Assembly (NCBI RefSeq): GCF_009914755.1
Contig: NC_060933.1
Origin: the human T2T-CHM13v2.0 reference genome, Homo sapiens
Reading direction: 5' to 3' (one strand)
DNA: 64,000 nt
The stretch's first letter is position 1. The number at the start of each line of letters is the position of its first letter. A program made the translations under genes and the position numbers. Below, piece after piece: positions 44,115 through 59,103 of the stretch. The notes under the pieces were generated by a model, which saw nothing but the letters and a program-made list of their open reading frames with translations, was not told where the DNA came from and did no database searches.

Positions 44115-47072
44115 TCACCATCTTAGAATCAATGAAATACTGAAGCTAACATTTAATGAGTCTTTACTCTTTGCCAATAAGTAGGTAAGGGTTAATCATT
44201 TAATTCTTGTAATAACCTTGTTATCCTCATTTTACAAATGAGGGCACTGGCCTACTGAAGTTTGTCCTTTTCCATACTGAAAAGCTGAATTTACTTTTTT
44301 TGCTTTACTCTTAACTATACAATACAATACCAAATTAATTATACAGGGTAGTGCTTTGGAACATGAATAAAATCTATTTTTAATAAAAGTATTTAGGGAA
44401 AGATGGCTGTTATGCATTGTTGGCTGTGAATCAGAGTCTCACTATAGCTGTGGTTTCTGTTTGCTTAGGATATATTTGTGGACAGCATTATAGCAGGTGT
44501 TTCATAGACTGGAGAGTTCATTATGGCTCTAGTTTAATATTTTCATAAAAAATAAAAGGAGTTTAATAAAATCCCTTTTTTTCTTGGGAGGGAGTGTGGT
44601 ATAATGGAAAATTTGGGATTCTAGAGAACTCTTGAATCTCGCTAGGTAGTGACTAAAACTGTATCTATAAGTAAGTTTCTTAACTTCACTAAGAATCATC
44701 TTCTGGCCAGGTGCAGTGGCTCGCGCCTGTAATCCCAGCACTTTGGAAGGCTGAGGCATGTGCATAGCTTGAGCACAGGATTTTGAGACCAGCCTGGGCA
44801 ACGTGACAAAACCCTATCTCTACAAAAAATATAAAAATTAGCTGGGTGTGGTGGTGCATGCCTGCAGTCCCAGCTTTTTGGAAGGCTGAGGTGGGAGGAT
44901 CACTTGAGCCTGGGAGATTGAGGCTGCAGTGAGCCATGATCACACCACTGTGCCCTAGCCCAGCCTGGGTGACAGAGTAAGACTCTGTTTCAAAAAAGAC
45001 AAAAAAATAGAGAGAGATGATACTTTAGTGGTTTTAGTTTTAGGTAAAGTTAAAGCATTAAGTTCAGTTAATTGGGTAACATCCTAATTTTTCTTTACAG
45101 TTCACTTTAGACTGTAAGAGTCAGTTGCCTAATGTAGGAATTAGGTAGATGGATGGCTAGAATGACCTTGTCCTGTGTGTGTATAATCAAACTTGGGTTA
45201 TTTCTGATAAACAGTAACCATAGAAATCTGATTGTGTATTAATGTAAACTCTATTCCAACTGAGGTTTATTTATTTAGAAAACATTTAGAAAGATACACT
45301 TGAACACTTGTACATGCTCAATTATAACCTTAACTGTGTTTACTTTATAATTAGTCATTGGTTTTGTTAGTTGAGGTTTGACGTAAGTACTTGTTTGTCT
45401 TTTGGTTTGAGAGAGACCTTATAGAGAGTAAATTTTATTGATTTTTGGAGAAATTAATTTTTTTTTCAAGGACAGGGTAGCATATTTATATATATTTCAT
45501 CTGTATTCTTTTTAAGTTGTGATAAGTCGCTATGAAGTAAAGTGGAAGCCTAGCAGTGATATCTAAGACTTTTGAGAAATGTTTGTGAATGAATGAAACT
45601 AAAGATATATGGCTGCTTTGCAAGTTTAGTTTTGCTTATTATTCTATCCATACCATCAGATTTTAATACAATTTATTCTTTTTTTTTTACTTGCTTCATG
45701 TGAGCATAAATTGGAGCATTAGCTATTTCAGTCGGTGTGAATTTGGTATCAGTACTGCAGGGAGAGGGCTGTGGACTTCAAAAATTATGGGCTTTTGAAT
45801 CTGTTTCAATTTTATACTGCATTGTTTAATTAAGTCAGACTTGGGGTACTTAGCCTTTCTGAGTTTTAATCTGTAAATTGTAAATTACATACTCTACAAC
45901 AGTGTTTTTTAAAATTGTAGCAGTGTTTGTTTTTGTTTTTGCTTTTGTTCATTAGTTCTGAAATCAGTTAAGTGGGTGACCAGCGTTAGGGGAAAAAGAT
46001 ACAGAGTTTTGGCCAGGCAGAGTGGTTTACGCCTGTAATCCCAGCACTCTGGGAAGCCAAGGTGGGATTGCTTGAACCCAGGAGTTCCAGACCAGCCTAG
46101 TAAACACAGTGAGACCCTGTCTTTAAAAAAAAAAAAAAAAATGCTGGATCTGTTTCAGCAGGTACCTGTAGTCCCAGGTACTCAGGAGGCTGACTGAGAT
46201 GGGAGGATCACTTGAGCCTGGGAAGTGAAGGCTACACTGAGGCTTGATCACACCTCTGCACTCCAGCCTGGGCAACAGAATGAGACGCTGTTTCAAAAAA
46301 CAAACAAAAAAACAAAAACAAAACAATGGCATTTCTTTCCATATTAGTGTCCTGAGTTTTTCTCTTTTATTTTCATTCAAAAAATTTTCTCTAGTGCCTT
46401 GATAGGGACCCTTATTTTTCTTATTTCACAGATGTAACTAATTTTAAAATCCTTTATCTTTGTTTTTCTATGTTTCATGATTTTAAGCAAATCTCTTAGA
46501 GCAAGTTGTTGGATTCTGTTTTCTAAAAAAAATTCAGTGAATGTCTTTTGGTATTGCTGTGTCTCAGTGATCTAGAAGCTGTGTTTTATTGACATATAGT
46601 AACTGAGATATGACCTGAAATTTATTTAATCTGTTTCTCATGTTTCTCACCTATAAAATGGAGATAATATTAGTACCTATACGGTACTAATTATAGGCAT
46701 GAGCCACCATTCCTGGCCTGGACAACTTTTTATATCAATGAAGATCGATCTGGCCAGGTGCGGTGGCTCATGCCTGTAATACCGGCACTTTGGGAGGCCG
46801 GAGTGGGTGGACCACTCGAGGTCAGGAGTTTGAGACCAGCCTGGCCAACATGGTGAAACCCTGTCTTTACTAAAAATATAAAAATTAGCCTGGCATGGTG
46901 GTGCGGGCCTGTAGTTCCAGCTACTCGGGAGGCTGAGGCAGTAGAATTGCTTGAACCCAGGAGGTGGAGGTTGCAGTGAGGCCAGATCAGCCACTGCACT
47001 TCAGCGTGGGTGACAGAGACTCTGTCTCAAAAAAACAAATAAATAAATACATAAAAAATAAAAATTAAGATA

Positions 47073-47265
47073 GATCTGCCCACCAAACTATCCTTGAAAA
47101 ACCCTAAATTCTGAGTCTTTGGAGAGATTGATTTGAGTAATAACTCCATCTCCTGTGTGGATGGCTGGACCTGCATCAGTTAAACTCTTTACTGCAGTGC
47201 CATGGTCTTGGTGAACTGGTTTTGTTTGTGCAGTGGGCAGGAAGAAGCTGTGGAGTGATTATAGG
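47073..47265 (+). mobile_element. ERV1 LTR 3' fragment (LTR8/MER51-like)
   Basis: cccaccaaactatccttgaaaaaccct...gattgatttgagtaataactcc...tgtgcagtgggcaggaagaa. Confidence 0.5.
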
Positions 47266-47640
47266 ATTACCAGCCCTACTGGACTTTATTTTTGAATACT
47301 ACTTCTTTTACATTTGTTCCTATATCATCTTCAGTAACTCCAATATCTGTGTGTTAGAGCTCTTTATATCTTCCTACTTCTCACCTTTAAAAATTATAAA
47401 ACCATCAGTTTTCTTGAAAGTTGACTCCTCTATTGCTGCTTCTAGTGCATTTTTATACTTTTTCTCATGTTTAACTTAATATTCTTTCTCATTGAGCTTC
47501 CTTTTGATTTTTATCTGCCTCTCAGCAGTCTTCCTCAGTCTTCTGCTTTTCATCTTTTGCTTCTGTGACCCCCCCTTTTTAAAATTTAGAAACTGTGAAA
47601 CCAATGCTGATTAAAATTTATTTTTTTAACACAAAATTTT

Positions 47641-50056
47641 ATTTTATTTTATTTTTATTTATTTTTATTTTTATTTTTTTTAGTATTTATTGATCATTCT
47701 TGGGTGTTTCTCAGAGAGGGGGATGTGGCAGGGTCATAGGGTAATAGTGGAGAGAAGGTCAGCAGATAAACACGTGAACAAAGGTCTCTGGTTTTCCTAG
47801 GCAGAGGTCCCTGTGGCCTTCTGTAGTGTTTGTGTCCCTGGGTACTTGAGATTAGGGAGTGGTGATGACTCTTAACGAGCATGCTGCCTTCAAGCATCTG
47901 TTTAACAAAGCACATCTTGCACCGCCCTTAATCCATTTAACTCTGAGTTGACACAGCACATGTTTCAGAGAGCACTGGGTTGGGGGTAAGGTTATAGATT
48001 AACAGCATCCCAAGGCAGAATAATTTTTCTTAGTACAGAACAAAATGGAGTCTCCTATGTCTACTTCTTTCTACACAGACACAGTAACAATCTGATCTCT
48101 CTTTCTTTTCCCCACATTTCCCCCTTTTCTTTTCGACAAAACCGCCATCGTCATCATGGCCCGTTCTTGATGGTCGCTGTCTCTTCAGAGCTGTTGGGTA
48201 CACTTCCCAGATGGGGCGGCCTGGCAGAGGCGCTCCTCACTTCCCAGATGGGGCGGCCGGGCAGAGGCGCTCCTCACCTCCCAGACGGGGCGGCCTGGCA
48301 GAGGCGCTCCTCACCTCCCAGACGGGGTGGCCGGGCAGAGGCGCTCCCCACCTCCCAGATGGGGCGGCCGGGCAGAGGTGCTCCTCACCTCCCAGACGAT
48401 GGGCGGTCGGGCAGAGGCGCTCCCCACCTCCCAGACGAAGGGCGGCCGGGCAGAGGAGCCCCTCACCTCCCAGGCGGGGCGGCCGGGCAGAGGCGCCCCT
48501 CACCTCCCAGGCGGGGCGGCCGGGCAGAGGCGCCCCTCACCTCCCAGGCGGGGCGGCCGGGCAGAGGCGCTCCTCACCTCCCAGACGGGGCGGCCGGGCA
48601 GAGGCTCCCCCAACCTCCCAGAGGAAGGGCGGCCGGGCAGAGGAGCCCCTCACCTCCCAGGCAGGGCGGCCGGGCAGAGGCGCTCCTCACCTCCCAGACG
48701 GGGCGGCCGGGCAGAGGCTCCCCCAACCTCCCAGATGAAGGGCGGCCAGGCAGAGGCGCCCCTCACCTCCCAGGCAGGGCGGCTGGGCAGAGGCGCTCCT
48801 CACCTCCCAGACGGGGCGGCCGGGCAGAGGCACTCCTCACATCCCAGACGATGGGCGGCCGGGCAGAGGCGCTCCTCACTTCCCAGACGGGGCAGCTGGG
48901 CAGAGGCGCTCCTCACTTCCCAGACGGGGCAGCCGGGCAGAGGCGCTCCTCACATCCCAGACGATGGGCGGCCAGGCAGAGGCGCTCCTCACATCCCAGA
49001 CGATGGGCGGCCGGGCAGAGGCGCTCCTCGCCTCCCAGACGGGGCGGCCGGGCAGAGGCGCTCCTTGCCTCCCAGACGGGGTGGTGGCCGGGCAGAGACG
49101 CTCCTCGCCTCCAAGACGGGGTGGCGGCAGGGCATAGGTGCTCCTCACCACCCAGACGGGGCGGCGGGGCAGAGGCGCTCCTCACCTCCCAGACGGAGCA
49201 GCCAGGCAGAGGCGCTCCTCACTTCCCGGACGTGTCGGTCAGGCAGAGGCGCTCCTCACATCCCAGACGATGGGCGGCCGAGCAGAGGCACTCCTCACAT
49301 CCCAGACGATGGGCAGCCAGGCAGTGACACTCCTCACTTCGCAGACAGGGTGGCGGCCAGGCAGAGGCGCCCCTCACTTCCCAGACAGGGCGGCCGGGCA
49401 GAGGCGCTCCTCACTTCCCAGACGGGGCGGCTGGGCAGAGGGCCTCCCCACATCCCAGACGATGGGCGGCCAGGCAGAGACGCTGCCCACTTCCCAGACG
49501 GGGTGGTGGCCGGGCAGAGGCTGTAATCTTAGCACTTTGGGAGGCCAAGGCAGGCGGCTGGAAGGTGGAGGTTGTGGCGAGCCGAGATCAAGCCACTGCA
49601 CTCCAGCCTGGGCAACACTGAGCATTGAGTGAGCGAGACTCCGTCTGCAATCCCAGCACCCCGGGAGGCCGAGGCGGGCAGATCACTCGAGGTCAGGAGT
49701 GGGAGACCAGCCCGGTCAACAGGGCGAAACCCCGTCTCCTCCAAACATACAAAAACCAGTCAGGCGTGGCAGCGCACGCCTGCAATCCCAGGCACTCGGC
49801 AGGCTGAGGCAGGAGAACCACGGGAGCCCGGGGCAGGGAGGCTACAGGGAGCCAAGACCACCGCAGTACAGTCCAGCCTCGACAACAGAGGGAGACTGAA
49901 GAAAGAAAGAAAGAAAGGGGAGAGAGGGAGACGAAAGAAAGAAAGAAAGAAAGGAAGGAAGGAAGGAGAAAGAAAGAGAAAGAAGCGGGGGGGGGAGAGA
50001 GAGAGAGAGAGAGGAGAAAGAAAGAAAGAAAAGAAAGAAAGGGGAGAGGGAGAGAG
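47641..50056 (-). mobile_element. Full-length SVA retrotransposon (SVA_A-like), antisense in UNC13B intron 1
   Basis: In + order: decayed poly(T), SINE-R (~47685-48200), GC-rich VNTR (~48200-49520), Alu-like domain (~49520-49895), CT-rich head (~49900-50056). TSD cacaaaatttt (47630-47640, 50057-50067) at a TT|AAAA site. Has the extra atggtcgctgtctcttc segment recalled from SVA_A. Confidence 0.95.
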
Positions 50057-50779
50057 CACAAAATTTTAAAAATGTTTCTTTACCTTTGAGTCCTATGTTC
50101 TTACATTGTTTTATAATCTTTTTTCTTGGTCTTCAAAACAATAAAATATTTTTTCCTCCCAAGAATAATGAGATATTCATTCGTATGGGGGTTCCCTTCC
50201 TCCCACCTCAAACATATTGAGTATTCTTAGATGATCTCACTTTCTGTTTCCTATTAGAAGCCTCCTCTTAGATTTTATTTATTTACTTTTCCTAAGGTAC
50301 TTTTGTTATAGCAAGAAGGCTCCTCTTGGATTTTAACAAAAAGGGCTCAGATTGCCAGTTAAGTGCCTCAGGACAGTGAGGAGGAAGTCCTGGCTACAAA
50401 TCACCCTTTTAGAGAAACTTCTCTTTGTGGAGGATATTATTTGTAGTTGGCTAAGATGCTATGTCAAGTTAAGATCTGGTGTGGCCACATTGTTGCCTTG
50501 CACTAGAATAGTCCTGCTTCCTCCTAGAGTATATGTCAGCTCTGTGTAGCTTCCTTTGGTACACTAGAAAATGGTCTGCCACTAGTACAACCAACTACTA
50601 TGTCCTATGTCTTGCAGGACAGTTCTCAAATTCTGCCAAGTTGTTCTCTGGGTGCTGCACCTCATTGCATCCAAAGAGAATCCCCCTGATTTATTTAGCA
50701 AGAATGTTCTTCCAACCCCGAGCTTCACTTTGGGCTCTTGCTACAGCTTTTCTCAAATCCCGCTAGTTTGCAGCTGTTA

Positions 50780-50929
<150 letters not shown>

Positions 50930-53900
50930 CTATTAAAATACAAAAAAAAAAAAAATGGTGGCACATGTCTGTATTCCCAGATACTTGGGAGGCTGAGGAG
51001 GGAGGATTTCTTGAGCTCTAGATGTAGAGACTGCAGTGAGCCGAGATCATGCCACTGCAGTCCAGCCTGGGCGACAGAGCGAGACTCTACCTCAAAAAAA
51101 GAAAAAAGAAAAAAAAAAAACAACACAGTAAAATAAAACTCTAAGCCCTCCAGCTGGCTGAATGGACCTCCCCCCTTGGCCAAGGGAAACCCAAAGAAAC
51201 CTGAAAAACTACTTCAGGGCATAAGGAGAAGGGGCATCTGATATGCCTCATCATACAGTGTTCCCTTTGGAGTTTAGACACAACTGACCAGCATTAACAT
51301 TAAAACAGAGATGTTAAGACTGACAAAACATGACTCTTCATAGCACCCTACTAGGTGTAGACCCTACTAGATCTGACATCTCTTAAGGTCTGATAAGAGA
51401 CATTCACCACCTATTCTCTCTGAAGCCTGCTACCTGGAGGTTTCATCTACATGATGAAAATCTTGGCTTTCACGGCTCCCTTATCTAAACTCAAGCATTT
51501 TCTTTATGCTGAATTCAACTCTTCAGGCAGGGCTTAACTTCCAACCATTTGGCAACCAGGAAATCTTTCAATCCACTTATGACCTGGAAGGTCCTCCCAC
51601 CCGCTGTCCCACTTTGAGATGTTGAAGAATCTGTGTTGTCTGCGGTAAATACCTGGGGTTTGTCATCTTGCACCAGGAAAATTTAGGACACAGATACACA
51701 TGAGGAGTTTAGGAGCAGAATTTAATAGGCAAAAGAAAGAGAAACAAAGAGAAAGGAAAACAGTTCTCTCTCTAGTGAGAGAGAGGGGACTTCCAAGAGG
51801 AAAAAGCTGACTGGTGGCAGATGTGTCAGATTTTATAGTCAGTCTTGAGAAGGCGGTGTCTGATTTACATAGGGCTCACAGATTGGTTCAATCAAGTATG
51901 ATGTTTACATAGCACATGGGGAAGGCTGGCCACCTCACCCTAATCTTATTATGCAAATGAACTTTCCCCTTGTCTGGTGCCATCTTGTCTGCTCCTTACT
52001 GTACATGTGGCTGGCAGAGAAAGGAACACCGCGCCCGGCCACGAGATGCTTCCTTATATAAAAATTTCTTCCCTTTATAACCTTCTTTGTATAGCCAGGG
52101 TGTGACATATTACCAAACCCAATAAGAAGTTCTTGCAGACTCAGTGATAGTAAAACTATCATGCTTCCTTTTCGTTGGGAACCATTATCTCTGCTATTAG
52201 GATAATAATTAAGCAAAATACTACAGCAATGGAAATTCTCTGTCCGATATTCCGGTTAGAAGGTGCTACCATCTATAGGTCTTACTGCAAATAGTAAAGT
52301 GAGTATAGCAATTCCTGCAAGTGTGGTACAGTAGATAATTTCCATGTAAAATTTTACTTGCCAAGATATAGAATCTCCCTTTGGGGATCTATGAAGTTTC
52401 TTGGTTTTATTTTCCCAAACAGAAACATCTGGGTTATGGGCACCCTATTCACTTTCATTACCTGGCAGATGTTGCAGGATAATTGCCCAGAACTAGCATA
52501 TTGATCCAGCTTTTTATATTGCCCATTCCTTTTTGTTTCTTCCAGGCTTCAGGAGATCACCACTTGATTCACAGGAATAAGCGGGATTAGTCTAAAATGT
52601 AGTCAAAAAAACTTAAAAACAATCATTGAGACTAGAATTTAGTGACAAATGGATGATAAGCTTTGGAGCATAATTTTTCTCTCTCCAGTCTTTATTTTAG
52701 GTAAAAACAAATTATGATAGGATTGTGTTGTTTGTATAATAAACTTTAGTCTTATACTTGGCCTGATTATTTGCATAAGGTGCAGAAAGAATGATTTCTA
52801 CATAGGCCTTTTGAATTGGCTTTGATGGAACTCTGATCCACAAGGAATTTTAGATAAAACCTCTTAGAGCTGAACCCAGCCATGGGTTTATATCCTCAAA
52901 TACCTGTGAGTTGGGTGATCCCCTCCTCTTAAGGTCCCAAGATAAACTTGGAGCTCCTGGATCTGTTAGAAAGTGGCATTCTTTACTGACTACAGGTCAG
53001 AAACCCTGGACGGGGACTGTGTAGGTAAGGGTATGAGGCCAGTTCTTCTCATGGGGCTTTTATTGGCTCTGCAAGTCTAGATTGACTCCTTAAATAGTTT
53101 CCAAATTCTAGAGGAACTAGGCAGAGAGAAACAAACATACTCCAAATTTTGTTCACAAGAGTATAACTTACTCAATTATTAAAGGCCATAAGTAGTTCAA
53201 AATAAGTTTCATTGACTCTGAAAAACAAAACAAGGATCAGCAATATTCCAAGCAAAAGTCAGAAAGTTTGCTTTAGCTTTGTGAGTGCAGCCCATTTAGT
53301 TAACTCTTATTTTGCTTGATATACATGAGCATTTTAGTTCTTCATAGTCCTGTACTTTTTTTCTTTATTCCGTGTTACAATCTTTAAAGCTATTAAAAAA
53401 ACTCACATTTGAGAACACCTGTTAAAGTCCTGTAGCTTGATTATAAACCATCTTTTGAGAAAGAACAAAGCAAGACAACAATTGTCTGCGAATGACAAAA
53501 TTTCCAAGGTAGTTATAGTTAAAAGCAAGACTGACAAATAAGTTTAGTTATCTCTGTGATTTACAATAACTTTAACCTTAATTATAATTGATAGCATATA
53601 CTTAGACATTAGAATTTTAGAAGTCACATGCAATTTTGGAACATATATTAGTATTCACCAAAATATAACTTAAAGAATATCGGACATCATTTTGGCAATC
53701 TTATGTGACAAAACATGCCAAATAATCCTGTGTACCTCTTCTCTGGATTTTTCAGGGGCCTCTGAACCATCCAGAAAGCCAGGCATCAGGAAAGACAATT
53801 TTGAAACTTGAAGTTTGATTTTGGGACACCTGTTAAATGTCAGAGGTTTAAAATACTTGATGTTATGAAATAGAATTTCAGATCGCCATAAATTGCTTAT

Positions 53901-54864
53901 TTTGCCAAAATGACTCAAAAGGCAAAAACCTTCTATTAACCTTTACTATTACATGAAAATCCTATTCAAAGTCAAAATTTACCCTTGCATTAGTTTATTA
54001 ATGTTAGCCCCAGTTTGTTGAAATGAAACCTTATAGATGATTCCATCTAATTTTAACCAATTTGACCATGAGGTGCAATCTTTACAAACCTTTTATAACC
54101 CTTTTTACTAAAGGGCAGATTAGCATCTTTAGACAACCTTGCTATACTTTTATTTCAATACTCAATTTATGAGAAGACCGTATAATGCCCTTTTGGATTT
54201 AATGTTTACACATTGTTTGCAAGATTAATTTTTACAATCTTTCTGTAACTTGCTTAAACCTCTAGCTTTATCTTATCAAATTTAAGATAATCCCTCATAC
54301 CTGGGCAAAATTTACATTTCCATGCATTCTTATAATCTTTTACTAAAAAACGCATTTTACTGTTTTTATACGCCTTGCATGTAAAACTGTTTAGTGACCT
54401 CAAATACATGTGGCACTGTTAACTCTTAGCAACTTTTACTTTTGGTGAAAAACCTGTTTAGTAAGTGTTTTTAATTATGTACCAGGTGTGGAGCCTAGGA
54501 CCCAGACAGAAGTGCAGATAAGGTCTGACCCTCTTCAGCATCTAACTTTCACTTGTCCCAGGCCTTACCTATCTGTAAAGCAGGCAATTTGGAACATTTA
54601 GCAAACCTAGTATCTAAGCTGTATGATTTAGACCACCTATTTGCATTTTGACGACACTTGCATTTTACCAATTCTTCAGACTATTTTTATTTCTTAAAGA
54701 TTACAGTCATGTGAACTAAAAAATATTTAAGTGCTTATTTTTCTTTAACCCAATTAGAGCTCTTTTTATAGACATTACACACAACACACATATAGCAACA
54801 CAAATAGAAGATTCAGCACTTGTAACATTTTTCATTTGCCAGTTTCTTTTTTTCTGTTTTTTGA

Positions 54865-54969
<105 letters not shown>

Positions 54970-56109
54970 TGAGTAGCTGGGATTACAAGCATGCACCACC
55001 ACACCCGGATAATTTTTTATATTTTTAGTAGAGATGGGGTTTTTCCATGTTGGTCAGGATGGTCTTGAGCTCCCAACCTCAGGTGATCCGCCCACCTCGG
55101 CCTCCCAAAGTGCTGAGATTACAGACGTGAGCCACCATGCCCGACCTGCCAGTTTCTTAATTGGATTACTCGTTTCAGGATGGAGCCCTTGGAGGAACAG
55201 GGCCAGGATAGCATGCCTTTTAGGGCCTAAGAAGCAGGCACAGCTGAAGGCAAAGAAAGATCCGCAAAATTAACGGCGCCATTTTATACTGGATCTTGGA
55301 TCCCCCAAAGGTGGGAGATACTGTGGAAGAAGAGAGTGCAGTGCTTCTACTGTGCATTTCATTTCAAGGCAACCCAAAGCCAATTGGCTTATTTTGTAAT
55401 CGGCCCATCCCTCATGGGAGTCTTATCTCTCAATAGGGGGTGGGGATGTTTCCATATCTTATAGGTGGCCAAGAGCATGCTTCTCTGACTCAAATGTGCA
55501 GAGTTAAGTATCCCTCCATAACTACTATTAGCCATTCCTTAAAGTATATTTCCTACCTAGTTATTACACACCAAAGCTCTCTCATAATGTGAAGTAATTT
55601 GATATCCCCAAAACTCAAAACTATCAGATAACACAATGCAAAACAGAACTGAGCCTTTGATTTTGAGAGGGAATGATCTGCTTTTAATTCCTGGGGTTTC
55701 ATGAGGAAAACAGTTTTTTTTTCTTCCCCCCCTCCCCCAAAACAGGGTCTGTAGTGCCTCCTCTGTTTTTCCCAAGGAGTCCCCGGCTACCGGAAGTTAT
55801 CTTAGGGCCTGTCATATGTGCATTAAGAGTGGCAAGACAAAAAATGGAGAAAAATAATTCAGTCGACTAAAAAGAAAAAAGACTTTTTCCAGAAAAACAT
55901 GATCCAAGAAGAGAAAAACATAATAGCCTTTTAAGTATATCTATAACTGGGATATCCACTTTTAATTAAGCTGAGCACTCTTTCAGAAAATCCTTTTAAA
56001 TCCCTTGTTACTAAACTTTAGCCACACCAAGCAGTTAAGATTTTCAGCTTTTGAATGTCACAAAAAGTAACCTCACAGGTGAGACCAACAAGCCTTAATT
56101 AGTTTATGA

Positions 56110-56451
<342 letters not shown>

Positions 56452-56465
56452 TGATAAGTAACTTT

Positions 56466-56885
56466 TGAAACTCTCATTGCAAAATTGTGACTGAGACAGT
56501 GAAAGAGATCAGACCCAACCAACTCCATTTTGTTTTTAGCCCCTAAGCTGTCCTTGCTCATCACTGGGCATAGGCTGAACCAACTTTGGGAGGTGTCTGG
56601 TTTACAGTGTATAGTCTAAAACAAAGGTGGTAACAGCCCCTTCCTAAGATATACTTCCCTCTTGCCTGGGGACCAGACCAAGAAACTAGCCACAAAATGA
56701 GAAACCATGGCTTAGGAGTCACGCAGCTGGAGGCTACAAGATTTTATCCTCCCTTAACTGCCCAAGATCAGTATTTAAGATATTTTGTAAACTCTGCCCT
56801 TGATGGATCAGCTGGCTCTGCCTAGATTGATAAACTGGCTTATCTGATTTTTGGCCCTTCCCCGGGAACTAACTTAGCACAAGAC
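56466..56885 (+). mobile_element. LTR8-type 5' fragment within the HUERS-P3 internal region
   Basis: tgaaact...ttgcaaaattgtgactgagacagtgaaagagatc...aagctgtccttg...gggcataggctgaac matches the recalled LTR8 start. Confidence 0.65.
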
Positions 56886-59103
56886 ACCCACTGTTGTAAA
56901 ATGGCAGAGACTAAAACAAAGTACTGCCACGTGGTTACACGTCATGTTTCCAAGTACATGAAACAAGATGGAGGCCTGTAGCCAAGTTTGTTACTGACCA
57001 TTTTGTTGGACTGGCTTGAACAGCAGGCTTATAGGGTCCTGGGTCTGCATCTTAACCTAAGGTACCCTTTCTTTCCACAGGACCATACAGAAAGATACAC
57101 GAAGCACACCAGATTGGCTACAGTTTAAGACCAACCTCACAAATCCCTTTTCATTAATTAAAACTTAACCACAAATATAAACAATAATCCTTATCCCTTT
57201 TGCCAGTTTGGATAGGGAGAGAGAAGCCAAAAGCCTGACTGGTAAGAAAATTTTACCCTTTTGCCCACATGTCAGGCTTCTAGTTCCTTTTCCCCAGCTC
57301 AACTCTAAGCCAAGCATTTTTAAGGTTTGGAAAATTAACTTTTCCCAGGTTGAAAGAACATTATAAAAGCATATAGGAGCCATTTTAAGCTGTAAAAGAA
57401 GGAAAAATACCATAGAAAAGTCTGGGGGTTCCAGTTAGAGTTGTTAAGAGGTATTGCTTCCCTTCCTATCGACAATGATGTTTCCTCTATTTCTTGATCT
57501 TCTCTATTTTCTCTTTTCCCTTTTTGCTTATTATAGGAGACATATTGTACATTTCCAAAATTCTCTGCCTTCTGCAGAACTGCCTGTTTTTCAGCTGTAG
57601 TTTGGGGTTTGGCTTAGAAGCAGCATAACATCCCTTCATGAGAGGTTAAACACCTGAGTTAAATTTCAGAAAGCTTCTATATACCTATCAGGGTCATTGG
57701 AGAATTGGCCTAAGTCTCCCTTTATTTGCCTAAGGTACTGTAATGAGAAGGGAACTTGAGGGGCCCCTGAATAAGGGGGATCCTTAGATTGTTCCCCTGG
57801 AAGTTACTTCTCTAACTTTGGTGAATCATTTGCTATTGGCCTGCCTGATATGACTACTAAAAGAGCTGGGTTGATTTTGTAACACCTGCAAAGGTCTAGT
57901 AAGGCCATGCCCTTGTGCAAAAGAAAATGAGTTGATTTTTCTTTAAATTATTAGAGTCAAAGGAGTCCTTGTGCTTCAGAATGTACTCCAGAGGGGTGCA
58001 AGCTGAAGATGATCTGTTACCCATCTAGAGAGAGAAGTGACAAAAAGGCATCTCTTTTTTCACCTTCCTTTTGGTGTGACCCAGGGTGGAGAGGAAAACA
58101 GTGGGGACGTCCCTCCTGCTGTTTTCCCTCTGCGGTTTCTGGGTCCTGGCACCTTGTTTAATGTGCCACCCATGGTTGCAGGTGTGACCCCCAGCCATGG
58201 AACCAGAGGAACTAAGTGATTGGGATTAGTCACACTGATTCATGCAACTCAAGTCCTCTGCCTGTGATTTCCTTTGACTTCCTAGACTTGTGTGACCTGC
58301 CTGGCTCCCTGAAAAATGGATCTTGGGAGAGACTATGCGACAGTTGCATTTGGGCAATTGTTGCACTTCCCTCCTTAATGGAGGAAGTGTGCTGGTTTGA
58401 GCTCTATATCCTGCTATTACAGTCCATGCTAAAGTGTTTACCCTTAGAGAATGGTTCTGGTTAACTTCTGAACTTAAAATCCCCTTACTAATTAAGTACC
58501 ATTCTGATTGGAGGCAGAATAGGTGCCTTAAAAGATCATAGGGGCTGAGTGTGGTGGCTCATGCCTGTAATCCCAGCACTTTGGTAGGCCGAGACAGGTG
58601 GATCATGAGGTCAGGAGTTCGAGACCAGCCTGACCAACATGGTGAAACCCCGTCTCTACTAAAAATACAAAAATTAGCTGGGCATGGTGGCATGTAATCC
58701 ACCTGTGCCTGTAATCCCAGCTACTCAGGAGGCTGAGGCAGGAGAATCTCTTGAACCCAGGAGGTGGAGGTTGCATTGAGCCGAGACTGCACAATTGCAC
58801 TCCAGCCTGGGTGACAGAGCAAGACTCCGTCTCAAAAAAAAAAAAAAAAAAAAAAAGATTGTAGGGACTAAATGGCTGTTTTCCTGTTGATGGAGCAGTA
58901 TCAAGAATAAAATTTGGTTTTGAAGGATGTTTTATTCCTAGTTGTTGAAGCCAGAATTTTCCCATTTACAGAAGCAGCATGAAGCCTGGTTTGTAGTAGA
59001 GAGGCTCAAAAAGGGAAGAGAATTGGGAAGCTAGGCTGTTTTTGGTAAAGGACTGACAATGTGCCTCATGAAGAGGATCCCTGTTTCACTAGATGGTGCT
59101 GTT

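Noticed and set aside
48167-49632. Long ORFs of 386, 399, 175 and 164 aa
   Set aside because: Stop-free GC-rich SVA VNTR read in several frames; repetitive peptides, not genes.
47641-50056. Gibbon LAVA element
   Set aside because: The 3' end is a SINE-R (HERV-K derived), not the AluS/L1ME5 tail of LAVA.
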